Of a DNA stretch of 64,000 nt, positions 1-8,094 are shown one piece after another (the first letter of the stretch is position 1; each line of letters starts with the position of its first letter). The stretch comes from Patescibacteria group bacterium (lineage in GTDB: Bacteria > Patescibacteriota > Microgenomatia > UBA8517), in assembly GCA_018823885.1 (NCBI GenBank), contig JAHJHG010000001.1:42439-106438 (forward strand), in the 5' to 3' direction. A program made the position numbers and the translations under genes. Under the pieces are notes generated by a model. The model had not been told where the DNA came from. It worked only from the letters and a program-made list of their open reading frames with translations, and ran no database searches.

Positions 1-559
1 CGAACACGGTTTGGTTTTTTGGGCAACGGGAGCCATAACCATGATCATTTTAAGCCTTCTTGCTTATACAACCGTGTTTGGTACATCGATGTTGCAGGGT
101 GTAGGTTTTGTAATCAATGAAGCACAGGTAATTGCGGGAGAGACATTTGCCGCTTTGGGTACGGCATTTCTTCTAATTGCTTCTGCGATGCTTTTTTCGA
201 CCCAATTCTCGGTAATCGATGCTACCTCCAGGATTATGAGTGAAAATTTAGTTATTCTTTCACCGAAGCGTTTTAAAATTGAAAAACTACCAACCTTCTT
301 TTATCTCTTTTTATGGCTTCAAATAATTGCCGGTGTGATTATTTTTTCTCTCGGTTTCACTCAACCTCTTATGCTTGTCATTATTGGAGCCACCCTAAAC
401 GCTATCGCCATGTTTGTTTATACCGGTCTCGTTCTGTGGCTCAATCTTACCAACTTGGACAAAAGGTTAAGACCAACACTGATAAGAATATTTTTTGTAA
501 GTGCGGCCTTTATTTTCTATGGAGTTTTCAGTTTCTTTACAATTCTTCAGACTATATAA
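1..559 (+). CDS. polytopic membrane protein, 5'-partial (frame open to window edge; listed TTG at 11)
   Basis: Hydrophobic segments throughout; no stop between position 2 and 11 in frame, so likely continues upstream. Confidence 0.4.
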   Translation, partial: EHGLVFWATGAITMIILSLLAYTTVFGTSMLQGVGFVINEAQVIAGETFAALGTAFLLIASAMLFSTQFSVIDATSRIMSENLVILSPKRFKIEKLPTFFYLFLWLQIIAGVIIFSLGFTQPLMLVIIGATLNAIAMFVYTGLVLWLNLTNLDKRLRPTLIRIFFVSAAFIFYGVFSFFTILQTI

Positions 560-577
560 ATAATGCTAAAATAGGCC

Positions 578-1579
578 ATGAAGAAGTTTGTAATATATTT
601 TCTGGCAACAGCTGTTCTTATTTCACTCGGTTGGCTGGCAAATTCTTTTTACCAAAATTATGCTCCTGACCCCGTTGTTATTAATCCTGTTATTCCCAGA
701 CCGCTCGAGAAATACACGATAGAGAATCTAGCAATAAGTAAGCCCGAGGAAGGAAACATTCAGATAGAAGAAGTGATTAGCGAAGAAAATGACTTCACTT
801 CCTACCTTTTTTCGCTTGAATTTAAACCCTCCTTGCAGGACAGAGAAATCAAAAAGATGACTGGTCAACTAAATATTCCAACAGGAAAAGGGAAATATCC
901 TGTTATTGTTATGTTCCGCGGCTATGTGGACCAGGAAATATATGAAACCGGAATTGGAACCAGAAAATCAGCTGAAGTATATGCTCAAAACGGATTTATC
1001 ACTATTGCCCCAGATTTCTTAGGTTATGCTGGCTCAGATTTACAAGCCGAAAACATTTTTGAAGCAAGATTTCAAACATATACAGCCGCTCTTTCTGTTT
1101 TGAATTCACTCGATTCTATCTCCAGTTGGGACGGCACGAATATCTTTCTTTGGGGCCACTCAAACGGGGGACAAGTTGCTTTGACAATCCTTGAAATCAC
1201 TGGCGACGATTATCCTACTGTTTTGTGGGCACCAGTGACCAAGCCGTTTCCTTATTCAATCCTTTACTACACCGATGAAGCAGAAGATAGAGGAAAGTAT
1301 ATAAGACGGGAATTGGCCAAATTTGAAAACCTTTACAACGTTGAACAATACTCGATTAGTAACTATCTAGAAAGAATAGACGCTCCAATTCAATTTCATC
1401 AAGGCACAGCCGATGACTCTGTGCCACTTGAGTGGACTAATGAATTTGTAAATGTTCTCGACGAACTTGAGAAAGAAGTGACCTACTATATGTATTCCGG
1501 AGCCGATCATAACATGACTCCTGCCTGGAACACAGTTGTAGAAAGAAACTTGGTATTTTTTAATAAATATCTTAAGTAG
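578..1579 (+). CDS. secreted/membrane-anchored alpha/beta-hydrolase (S9 peptidase / esterase-like)
   Basis: N-terminal signal/TM segment; GHSNGG nucleophile-elbow motif (GxSxG) and downstream HQG..D; fold assignment by motif only. Confidence 0.6.
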   Translation: MKKFVIYFLATAVLISLGWLANSFYQNYAPDPVVINPVIPRPLEKYTIENLAISKPEEGNIQIEEVISEENDFTSYLFSLEFKPSLQDREIKKMTGQLNIPTGKGKYPVIVMFRGYVDQEIYETGIGTRKSAEVYAQNGFITIAPDFLGYAGSDLQAENIFEARFQTYTAALSVLNSLDSISSWDGTNIFLWGHSNGGQVALTILEITGDDYPTVLWAPVTKPFPYSILYYTDEAEDRGKYIRRELAKFENLYNVEQYSISNYLERIDAPIQFHQGTADDSVPLEWTNEFVNVLDELEKEVTYYMYSGADHNMTPAWNTVVERNLVFFNKYLK

Positions 1580-1643
1580 TTTGTAATAAATGCGCATGTC
1601 TGCTTGTAGTATGTATAGGGCAGAACATGCGCTTTAGAATATT

Positions 1644-2180
1644 ATGCCGATTTCAGACGAAAAACTGGTCAAACTTGTCCAGAAGGGAAATACAGACGAG
1701 TACGAAAAACTGGTTACAAGATATCAGGAGAAACTATATAGATATCTTGTCTATTTAACCAGAGAGCCTGACGAGTCAGAAGATCTTTTGCAGGACACTT
1801 TTATTGCTGTTTATAAGAATATCCATAAATTCAATACCAAGTTAAAGTTTTCGAGTTGGATTTACAGAATCGCACACAACAATGCCATAAATTATTTGAA
1901 AAAGAGTTCAAAAACTCTATCTTTTGATTTTCTAAACCTAGGTAACATTCTGGCAAAGGAAGACAAAACACTGGAAAAGATGGAAAACGAAGAAACTAAG
2001 GAGATGGTGAGGAAATGTCTGGATAAATTGCCCAATAAATACAAATCACCTCTTGTTCTTTTTTACTTTGAAGACAAAACATATCAGGAAATAAGCGATA
2101 TTCTAAGAATATCTACAAACAATGTTGGTGTTCTGATAAATAGGGGCAAAAAATCTATGAAAGAATTATGCAAAATATAA
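1644..2180 (+). CDS. RNA polymerase sigma-70 factor, ECF subfamily
   Basis: Region 2 (LLQDTFIAVYKNIHKF..SWIYRIAHNNAINYLKK) and region 4 HTH (YQEISDILRISTNNVGVLINRGKKSMKEL) typical of sigma-24 family. Confidence 0.8.
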   Translation: MPISDEKLVKLVQKGNTDEYEKLVTRYQEKLYRYLVYLTREPDESEDLLQDTFIAVYKNIHKFNTKLKFSSWIYRIAHNNAINYLKKSSKTLSFDFLNLGNILAKEDKTLEKMENEETKEMVRKCLDKLPNKYKSPLVLFYFEDKTYQEISDILRISTNNVGVLINRGKKSMKELCKI

Positions 2181-2902
2181 TGAAAAAAGTTGATATAACA
2201 AAAAATATAATGAGTAAGATTAAAACCGGCAAGGTTAAAATCAAGCCGGCCTTTATGGTCCTTGGCGAAAGATATGGTGTTGTCGGGGCAATTGCTTTAT
2301 TGCTAACAACAGCCGTTTTAACATTCAATATTTTCCTTTTTCTTCTTAAACAAACAGGCAATCTTGAGTTCTTGTCATTCGGTTCTGCTGGTATTTTGGC
2401 ATTTCTTCAAGCTTTTCCATATTTCCCGGTAACAATCATGCTTTTTGTTCTCTTTTTGGCTATTAGACTACTTAAATATTTTGACATTTCCTACAAAAAA
2501 TCATTTTCCTTCCTTGCCTTATTTATTTTCGCTAGCGTATTGGGTCTTGGTATTGCTCTCGCAAATACGAAGATAAACGCCCGACTTGAAAATATCCCTG
2601 CCTTGAGAGGTTTTTACCATCAGGGTTTCGGCCGAAATGGATTTATGGGCAATATCCTTGAATTAAAAGAGAATTCTATAATTGTTGAAAGGGATGATAC
2701 AGATGAAGTGATGGAAGTATTCCTAACTGACGATACCAATCTCCCCTATGGAAAAAGTTTCAGTGAAAAGGGAACAGTAAGAATCATCGGCTCAGAAAAG
2801 GACGGTCGTTTTGAAGCGGCTGGACTACGCCCCTTTGACGGCAGTATTCCTGCCAACGGCAACGTAAAAGGCTCCCGCAAGCAGCTCCAGCGTTCCCAAT
2901 AA
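2168..2902 (+). CDS. membrane protein translationally coupled to ECF sigma (candidate anti-sigma factor); alternative start ATG 2180 overlaps sigma stop as TAATG
   Basis: Start overlaps sigma gene stop; short cytoplasmic N-terminus then several TM helices; C-terminal soluble domain ending in a GFGRNG motif. Confidence 0.4.
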   Translation: MQNIMKKVDITKNIMSKIKTGKVKIKPAFMVLGERYGVVGAIALLLTTAVLTFNIFLFLLKQTGNLEFLSFGSAGILAFLQAFPYFPVTIMLFVLFLAIRLLKYFDISYKKSFSFLALFIFASVLGLGIALANTKINARLENIPALRGFYHQGFGRNGFMGNILELKENSIIVERDDTDEVMEVFLTDDTNLPYGKSFSEKGTVRIIGSEKDGRFEAAGLRPFDGSIPANGNVKGSRKQLQRSQ

Positions 2903-2959
2903 TTTGTGTAATATTTTATATCTTCAGTTGTATTAATACGTAGAAGGGGGGTGAAATAC

Positions 2960-3388
2960 ATGAAGATGACATACAAATTGGGTCTTATCGCCGCTGGAAT
3001 CTTAACCACTGGTCTTATCGCCGCTGGAACAGCTTCCGCAGCCTCAGGCAACGGTTTTGGTTTTGATAGAATGTTTTCAAATAAAGCCGAAGTCCTAGGC
3101 ATGAGCGTTGAAGATCTCAAAAGTCAGTTGGGTGAAAAGACTTTCCTAGAAATCGCTGAAGAGCAAGGCATAAGCCATGAAGCACTTCAGGAAAATATGA
3201 AAGTAAGAGCCCAAGAAAGAATGGAAGAAATGGGGTTAAGCGATGAAGATATCGCAAGACGCCTACAGTTCAGAGCGGAAAGACAAGTTAATTGTGACGA
3301 ATCTGGACCTCTAATGAACGGTGAAGGTAATGGGGGATTCGGCAGAAACGGATCCGAAAAAGGTTTTGGCCAAAGATTGGCAGAATAA
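2960..3388 (+). CDS. secreted hypothetical protein (probable start ATG 2960 after GAAGGGGGG RBS; ORF-track GTG at 2951)
   Basis: Signal peptide; in-frame 19-bp perfect direct repeat (2981-2999 / 3011-3029) duplicating GLIAAG; C-terminal GNGGFGRNG motif shared with the upstream membrane protein. Confidence 0.5.
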   Translation: MKMTYKLGLIAAGILTTGLIAAGTASAASGNGFGFDRMFSNKAEVLGMSVEDLKSQLGEKTFLEIAEEQGISHEALQENMKVRAQERMEEMGLSDEDIARRLQFRAERQVNCDESGPLMNGEGNGGFGRNGSEKGFGQRLAE

Positions 3389-3404
3389 CCGTAATATATG
3401 GATT

Positions 3405-3438
3405 ATCGCAGTCACGTACGGACTGCGATTTTCCCTTT
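3405..3438 (+). terminator. rho-independent terminator candidate
   Basis: ATCGCAGTC-(loop ACGTACGG)-ACTGCGAT stem followed by TTTTCCCTTT. Confidence 0.4.
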
Positions 3439-3479
3439 GGTAATTGACAATAAATACTTCTTTCCGTCATTATTAATTA

Positions 3480-3818
3480 ATGAAACTTATTGTCAGACTT
3501 GGAATAAACGTTATCGCTCTTCTGGTTGTTGAATATCTTGTGCCTGGTTTTGTTCTAACTGGCTATGTAGCCGCCATCGTTGCTGCCATTGTCATTGGTG
3601 TTGTTAACACCTTTATCCGACCAATATTGCAACTAATAGCCCTTCCTGTCTCAATATTATCGTTTGGAATATCGGCCTTTTTGATCAATGTCGCTTTGCT
3701 ATGGCTAACAGCCAGATTCGTACCAGGATTTGAAATATCTGGTTTTCAAACCGCCGTAATAGCTTCGATTGTCCTCTCTCTTGTTTCTTGGTTTCTTCAT
3801 AGACTAGCTTCAGACTAA
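3480..3818 (+). CDS. phage-holin-4 / DUF360-like small membrane protein
   Basis: 112 aa, four TM segments, conserved VPGF...GF..A pattern of the mycobacterial 4-TMS holin superfamily. Confidence 0.55.
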   Translation: MKLIVRLGINVIALLVVEYLVPGFVLTGYVAAIVAAIVIGVVNTFIRPILQLIALPVSILSFGISAFLINVALLWLTARFVPGFEISGFQTAVIASIVLSLVSWFLHRLASD

Positions 3819-3856
3819 GTTTGACTAAGAATTAAAAATTTATCATAATTAATACT

Positions 3857-4582
3857 ATGAAGAAATTTTTTAGTGCCTTATTGACGGGCTTTGCTCTCTT
3901 TTTTTCTATTCCTTCAGTATTAATACTGGCAAGCTGGAATGCTTTGCCGGGTACCGGTCTCTATTCAGTTAAATCAAGTTTCGAAGATGTCGCCCTTGCT
4001 TTAACCGCCAACACGCCAATCGCAACCGCCTTTTCGGTTAACTTCACAGACAGACGTTATTCTGAAGCCGTTAGGCTTTTAGACAAAGAAGGTTCAACCG
4101 TTGGTTATCAATTGCTTGTTGCTGAGGCTCAGCAAACGCAAAGTATGGTTCTCAACAGAAAAGATGTAAAAAATGGTGCCCAGCTTATACGTAAAATAGG
4201 GGAGTACCAGGCAGAAATTGAGGAGAAGCAGGCAGAGGTACAGAGCCTTGCATCTACGCCCACCACGGTGGACCAGGTACCTTCTCCGACGCCTTATGTG
4301 GACCCATACCCCACAACCTCTGATAGTGACAAAACGGTAACTGTAACCGTGCCTGTAGAAATTGTTATCGAAGAAGAAGATACTGAGGAAGTTCTTGAAA
4401 ATTTAGAGGACGCCCTGGAAGAACTTGAAGAGATTAAAGACGATATTGAGGAAGAATTGCCAGACGTAATTTTTGAGGGAATATCAGAAGATACAGAAGA
4501 CATCTTAGAAGATGAAGAAGCTGCAGAGGAAGAAGAAAGTGACAAAGACAAAAAGGACAAAGAAAGGCCGCTTAAATATTAA
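3857..4582 (+). CDS. secreted hypothetical protein with strongly acidic (E/D-rich) coiled-coil C-terminus
   Basis: Signal peptide; low-complexity EEL/EED C-terminal third. Confidence 0.5.
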   Translation: MKKFFSALLTGFALFFSIPSVLILASWNALPGTGLYSVKSSFEDVALALTANTPIATAFSVNFTDRRYSEAVRLLDKEGSTVGYQLLVAEAQQTQSMVLNRKDVKNGAQLIRKIGEYQAEIEEKQAEVQSLASTPTTVDQVPSPTPYVDPYPTTSDSDKTVTVTVPVEIVIEEEDTEEVLENLEDALEELEEIKDDIEEELPDVIFEGISEDTEDILEDEEAAEEEESDKDKKDKERPLKY

Positions 4583-4602
4583 ATAAGGAATTAAATATAT
4601 AA

Positions 4603-4752
4603 ATGAAATCATATCAAAAGAAAAAAGCAAAACCCAATTCGCCAGGTCCTGGATTTAGAACGGCAAGTAGCTTTTTGGGTAAGCAGTTTGGAAAGAAAAA
4701 ACCGAAAACAACTTTCAAGCGCACTTCGTTTAAAACCCAGCACAAGGGTTAA
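4603..4752 (+). CDS. small highly basic protein (49 aa), not in ORF track
   Basis: ATG 4603, in-frame to TAA 4750-4752; MKSYQKKKAKPNSPGPGFRTASSFLGKQFGKKKPKTTFKRTSFKTQHKG; followed 40 nt later by a strong terminator. Confidence 0.3.
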   Translation: MKSYQKKKAKPNSPGPGFRTASSFLGKQFGKKKPKTTFKRTSFKTQHKG

Positions 4753-4792
4753 TATTATTTCAGGCTTGTTTGTGTTACAATAACAACGTTCC

Positions 4793-4815
4793 ACGCTTAG
4801 AAAGCGTGTTTTTTT
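4793..4815 (+). terminator. rho-independent terminator
   Basis: CACGCTT-AGAA-AGCGTG hairpin followed by TTTTTTT. Confidence 0.55.
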
Positions 4816-4821
4816 GACCAA

Positions 4822-5745
4822 ATGACAACCAAAACAGCCAAAGCAAAGAAGGTAAAAAAGAAAGTAAACAAGATTAGCTACACCGTTGCCAAAAGCAAAG
4901 ACGGAACTATCCAAATTACTTTTAACATACCCTTTGAAGATATTAAGAAAACCAGAGAAGTGGTTGCTAAAGATATTGGCAAAGATTTGGAATTACCAGG
5001 TTTTCGAAAAGGAATGGCTCCATTAGATAAAGTGCTTGATCACATTCCGCAAAACACTCTGATTGAAAATATTCTTCGTGCCATTTTGCCAGAGCCTCTA
5101 GGCAAGGCTATTACAGAACACAAAATAAGACCGGCTATATATCCTAAGTTAGAACTTGTCTCAGCCAATGAGGACGAAAATTGGCAGGTGAGAGGAACAA
5201 CCTGTGAATTGCCGGAGGTTAAATTGGGTAATTACAAGAAGATTATTTCTGATGCGGCAAAGACTAGCACCATTTGGACTCCAGACCAAAAGGGGAGTGA
5301 AAAGAAAGATGCTAAAAAGAAAGTATTAAGTAGAGAAGAAAAAGAGCAAAAAGTAATCAAAATACTTGGAGAAAGTATTAAAATTGACATCCCAAAACCC
5401 CTAGTTGATGAGGAAGTTAACAGAAGACTTTCTGATCTTTTGCAAAGAATTGAAAAGCTCGGTTTAACCTTAGAATCATATCTGTCTTCGATCGGAAAAA
5501 CAGCCGATTTGATAAGAAAAGACTATGAAGAACAAGCCAAGGAAGCAATCAGATTTGACCTTATTTTAGGCAAAATCGTCGTTGAAGAAAAGATAAAAGT
5601 ATCAGAGGAAGATGTAGAGCAAACCTTAAAAGCATATTCTCAGGGAGATAAGCCAGATGCCCATCCATCCACAGATCAAAAATCAATGATCGAAGCGGTT
5701 TTGAAAAAGCGCGCCGCGCTTGATACTCTTTGCGCCCTATTGTAA
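4822..5745 (+). CDS. tig: trigger factor, short form without PPIase domain
   Basis: N-terminal ribosome-binding signature PGFRKGMAP (cf. PGFRKGKVP) and trigger-factor N and C domain arrangement; only 307 aa. Confidence 0.7.
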   Translation: MTTKTAKAKKVKKKVNKISYTVAKSKDGTIQITFNIPFEDIKKTREVVAKDIGKDLELPGFRKGMAPLDKVLDHIPQNTLIENILRAILPEPLGKAITEHKIRPAIYPKLELVSANEDENWQVRGTTCELPEVKLGNYKKIISDAAKTSTIWTPDQKGSEKKDAKKKVLSREEKEQKVIKILGESIKIDIPKPLVDEEVNRRLSDLLQRIEKLGLTLESYLSSIGKTADLIRKDYEEQAKEAIRFDLILGKIVVEEKIKVSEEDVEQTLKAYSQGDKPDAHPSTDQKSMIEAVLKKRAALDTLCALL

Positions 5746-5792
5746 TATACAAGCGCAAAGCAACGTTCTTGTGTAATGCAAATTAAACATAT

Positions 5793-6425
5793 ATGAACGA
5801 CAAACAAAGCCAAAAATCTCAGAAAACAATAAAGCGTTCCAGTGTTCTTGAAAACCTGAAAGATGTTGGCGGCAACACAAGCAAGGTCCTCAAGAAAGAC
5901 CTCGCCCAAGGGGTTTCCCAAGAATTTATTAATCAACTATTAGGCAGAAAGCCAGAAAAGAAATATTCAGGCGACATAACTCCTGGTGAGTCCCTTGAAT
6001 TCGAAGATGTTTACTCTGGTAGGCGAGAGCAAACGATGATCTTGGAAAAGCAGCTCACCCTTGAAAGAAACCTTCGGCAAGAAGAAAAAACAAGATCTGA
6101 AAGAAAAAGCAATGAATTGAAAATGCAACTTCAAGCTGTTATTGAAGAGGTAGCCGCATTAGCCCAGAATACCCAGGAATTGGCAGAAGAAGTACAAATA
6201 GCCACCATGCAGGCCCCCATCGAACCAGGTGTCTATCATTTAATCTTTTTTGAGAAACTTCTTGAATTTATTAAATCCTTTAGACAAAACATTGGTCAGG
6301 CAAAAACATGGCTTCAAAGTTCAAACAAAAGAGCCCAAAAGAAGAATTATTGGGCTAACTACAAAAAGCATGGCGGTAAATTCCTCCTGGCTGCAGATCA
6401 TTATGTATCAAGATCTGCTGGTTAA
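5793..6425 (+). CDS. hypothetical protein, coiled-coil
   Basis: ORF with central heptad-like region; no recognisable motif. Confidence 0.45.
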   Translation: MNDKQSQKSQKTIKRSSVLENLKDVGGNTSKVLKKDLAQGVSQEFINQLLGRKPEKKYSGDITPGESLEFEDVYSGRREQTMILEKQLTLERNLRQEEKTRSERKSNELKMQLQAVIEEVAALAQNTQELAEEVQIATMQAPIEPGVYHLIFFEKLLEFIKSFRQNIGQAKTWLQSSNKRAQKKNYWANYKKHGGKFLLAADHYVSRSAG

Positions 6426-6443
6426 TTTCTTCTTAAAATCTAA

Positions 6444-6734
6444 ATGAGAAACAGAGAATCCGCCCTTAACACAGCAGAAGCAATGAAATTTACGTCTCGA
6501 AGTTATTTGAGATGGCTGCAAACTTCGTCTTCTGGGATAGGTAACGAAAGCTCTATTTTTGAAATACAATCAACTGCTCCTCTAAATGATTACACTCGTT
6601 GTGACTATTGTGATAAAAAGGGGAAGTTCCTGGTTCATCAGAAAGATCATGAACACATGCATTCAATCTTCATCACTTGCGAAGACGACTCTCCTGAAAA
6701 CTGCTTAAAAGCTTTGGCGATGAAATCAGCTTAA
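6444..6734 (+). CDS. hypothetical small protein with Cys/His cluster
   Basis: CDYCDKKG..HQKDHEHMH..C..C possible metal-binding; weak. Confidence 0.35.
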   Translation: MRNRESALNTAEAMKFTSRSYLRWLQTSSSGIGNESSIFEIQSTAPLNDYTRCDYCDKKGKFLVHQKDHEHMHSIFITCEDDSPENCLKALAMKSA

Positions 6735-6755
6735 TAATGATATAATTGAACCCTA

Positions 6756-6829
6756 GGACGGTTAGCTCAGCTGGTTAGAGCGCAGCATTGACATTGCTGA
6801 GGTCACAGGTTCGAATCCTGTACCGTCCA
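6756..6829 (+). tRNA. tRNA-Val (anticodon GAC)
   Basis: Cloverleaf: acceptor GGACGGT/ACCGTCC, D-arm GCTC/GAGC, anticodon stem CAGCA/TGCTG loop TTGACAT, T-arm ACAGG-TTCGAAT-CCTGT; no encoded CCA. Confidence 0.85.
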
Positions 6830-7066
6830 CACTTGCATCTTCTAAACAATAGACAATAAAATAGGCAAACGATCTTGTCATATCTTCTATACAACAAAAT
6901 CGCAGCCTTCAAGCTTTAAAAAAGCCTGCTTCCTGTCTAAGCATTTTACCAATTTCCTAATCCCGCTCGTACAGGACTCAAATACTGTATACCATTCAAT
7001 CCAGCACATTATAAGTGGTGCTCTATTCAACACTTTCGTGCAAATTTGATATAATTTAGAAAATAT

Positions 7067-7140
7067 GGGCCCGTGGCGCAGTTGGCTAGCGCGCTTCCAT
7101 GGCATGGAAGAGGTCAGGGGTTCGAATCCCCTCGGGTCCA
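7067..7140 (+). tRNA. tRNA-Ala (anticodon GGC)
   Basis: Acceptor GGGCCCG/CGGGTCC with G3:U70 Ala identity pair; anticodon loop ATGGCAT; T-arm AGGGG-TTCGAAT-CCCCT; TGATATAAT extended -10 11 nt upstream. Confidence 0.85.
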
Positions 7141-7248
7141 CAATACCTCATAATTTTGTTTGTTTCCCCTTATTCTGCTATTATTGTCTTCCTGCACACA
7201 TAAATATCATCCGTCGTAAGATTAATTAGCTCTTTAAAGGAGGAAGGA

Positions 7249-7698
7249 ATGTCCCAGCAGAAGAAGGAAACGTGGTACAGCAATGAACGCATGAATAGGG
7301 CCTTACAACACATGCGTGTCAAGGCAGTCGAAATGGGATTACGTCAAGGTGTCGCCTTTATATGTGCTCATCCCTTTTTTGTTGATATGCCAAGGGTAGC
7401 CTTTGTAGTTGTCAGCACGTTAGAAAGGGACCCCGATCCCAATAGGTGTGGAGATGACAAGGGAGAAAACTATTTCGGGATAGCCATGTCAAAGTTGGCC
7501 TTTATGCTGTCTACGAAGACAAACAGCGGAAGCCAATCTCGTCTGACCAAAGACGGTGAAGTAAATTATCACGGTGGCCTAGCGTTCTTTTTTCAAAACA
7601 TAGCCGATGAGGGCGGAATATACGTAGGCTACAGTGGGGGGACGGAACACCAAGACATGCAAATTGCGCGCAAAGGATTGAGTATTATGGTTGAGTAA
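7249..7698 (+). CDS. GlcG/DUF336-like (haem-binding family) protein; GC-rich relative to flanks
   Basis: Strong AAGGAGGAAGGA RBS; C-terminal ADEGGIYVGYSGGTEHQDMQIARKGL resembles the GG..GVSGG...D motif of DUF336/GlcG; family call by recollection only. Confidence 0.5.
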   Translation: MSQQKKETWYSNERMNRALQHMRVKAVEMGLRQGVAFICAHPFFVDMPRVAFVVVSTLERDPDPNRCGDDKGENYFGIAMSKLAFMLSTKTNSGSQSRLTKDGEVNYHGGLAFFFQNIADEGGIYVGYSGGTEHQDMQIARKGLSIMVE

Positions 7699-7722
7699 TT
7701 GCCCTCAACTCAACTTCTAACA

Positions 7723-7761
7723 AGCCTTCATGTAATGAACAAGCATGGAGGCTTTTTTTTT
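7723..7761 (+). terminator. rho-independent terminator
   Basis: 10-bp stem AGCCTTCATG/CATGGAGGCT with 11-nt loop followed by T9. Confidence 0.55.
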
Positions 7762-7859
7762 GGAATAATATTTACACAATTTCGAAATTTATCCAACCCT
7801 CTCCCATTCTTGTAATTTTTTAGTAATTTGGTTACGATTAATTTACCTGTAATCCATCA

Positions 7860-8072
7860 ATGTCTAATAAATCGAATCTCTTTAAGGAAGGTTTAATTCG
7901 CGGTATTGGCTGGGCTTTTGGTGTCACCATTGGCTTTGTCATAATATCTACCATTCTAGTTATTATCCTTAGAAGTTTAGGCGGACTGCCAGTGATAGGG
8001 GACTGGATCGCCTCAGTTGTGGAAGCAACTCTTTCCCAATTAGCTAAAAGAACTCCCGTTTTCCCTCAATGA
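7860..8072 (+). CDS. small membrane protein
   Basis: 70 aa, one or two TM helices. Confidence 0.4.
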   Translation: MSNKSNLFKEGLIRGIGWAFGVTIGFVIISTILVIILRSLGGLPVIGDWIASVVEATLSQLAKRTPVFPQ

Positions 8073-8094
8073 CCTCTTGAGGTACAATAAAAAC

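Noticed and set aside
313-669. 118-aa + strand ORF
   Set aside because: Overlaps the 5'-partial membrane protein gene in another frame and the start of the hydrolase gene; Cys/His-rich translation typical of out-of-frame reading.
4294-4560. Ser-rich 88-aa minus ORF
   Set aside because: Antisense shadow of the GA-rich acidic tail of gene 3857-4582; low complexity.
6887-7141. 84-aa minus-strand ORF
   Set aside because: Runs antisense across tRNA-Ala and the tRNA spacer; the translation (…GFEPLT…) is simply the reverse-translated tRNA T-arm.
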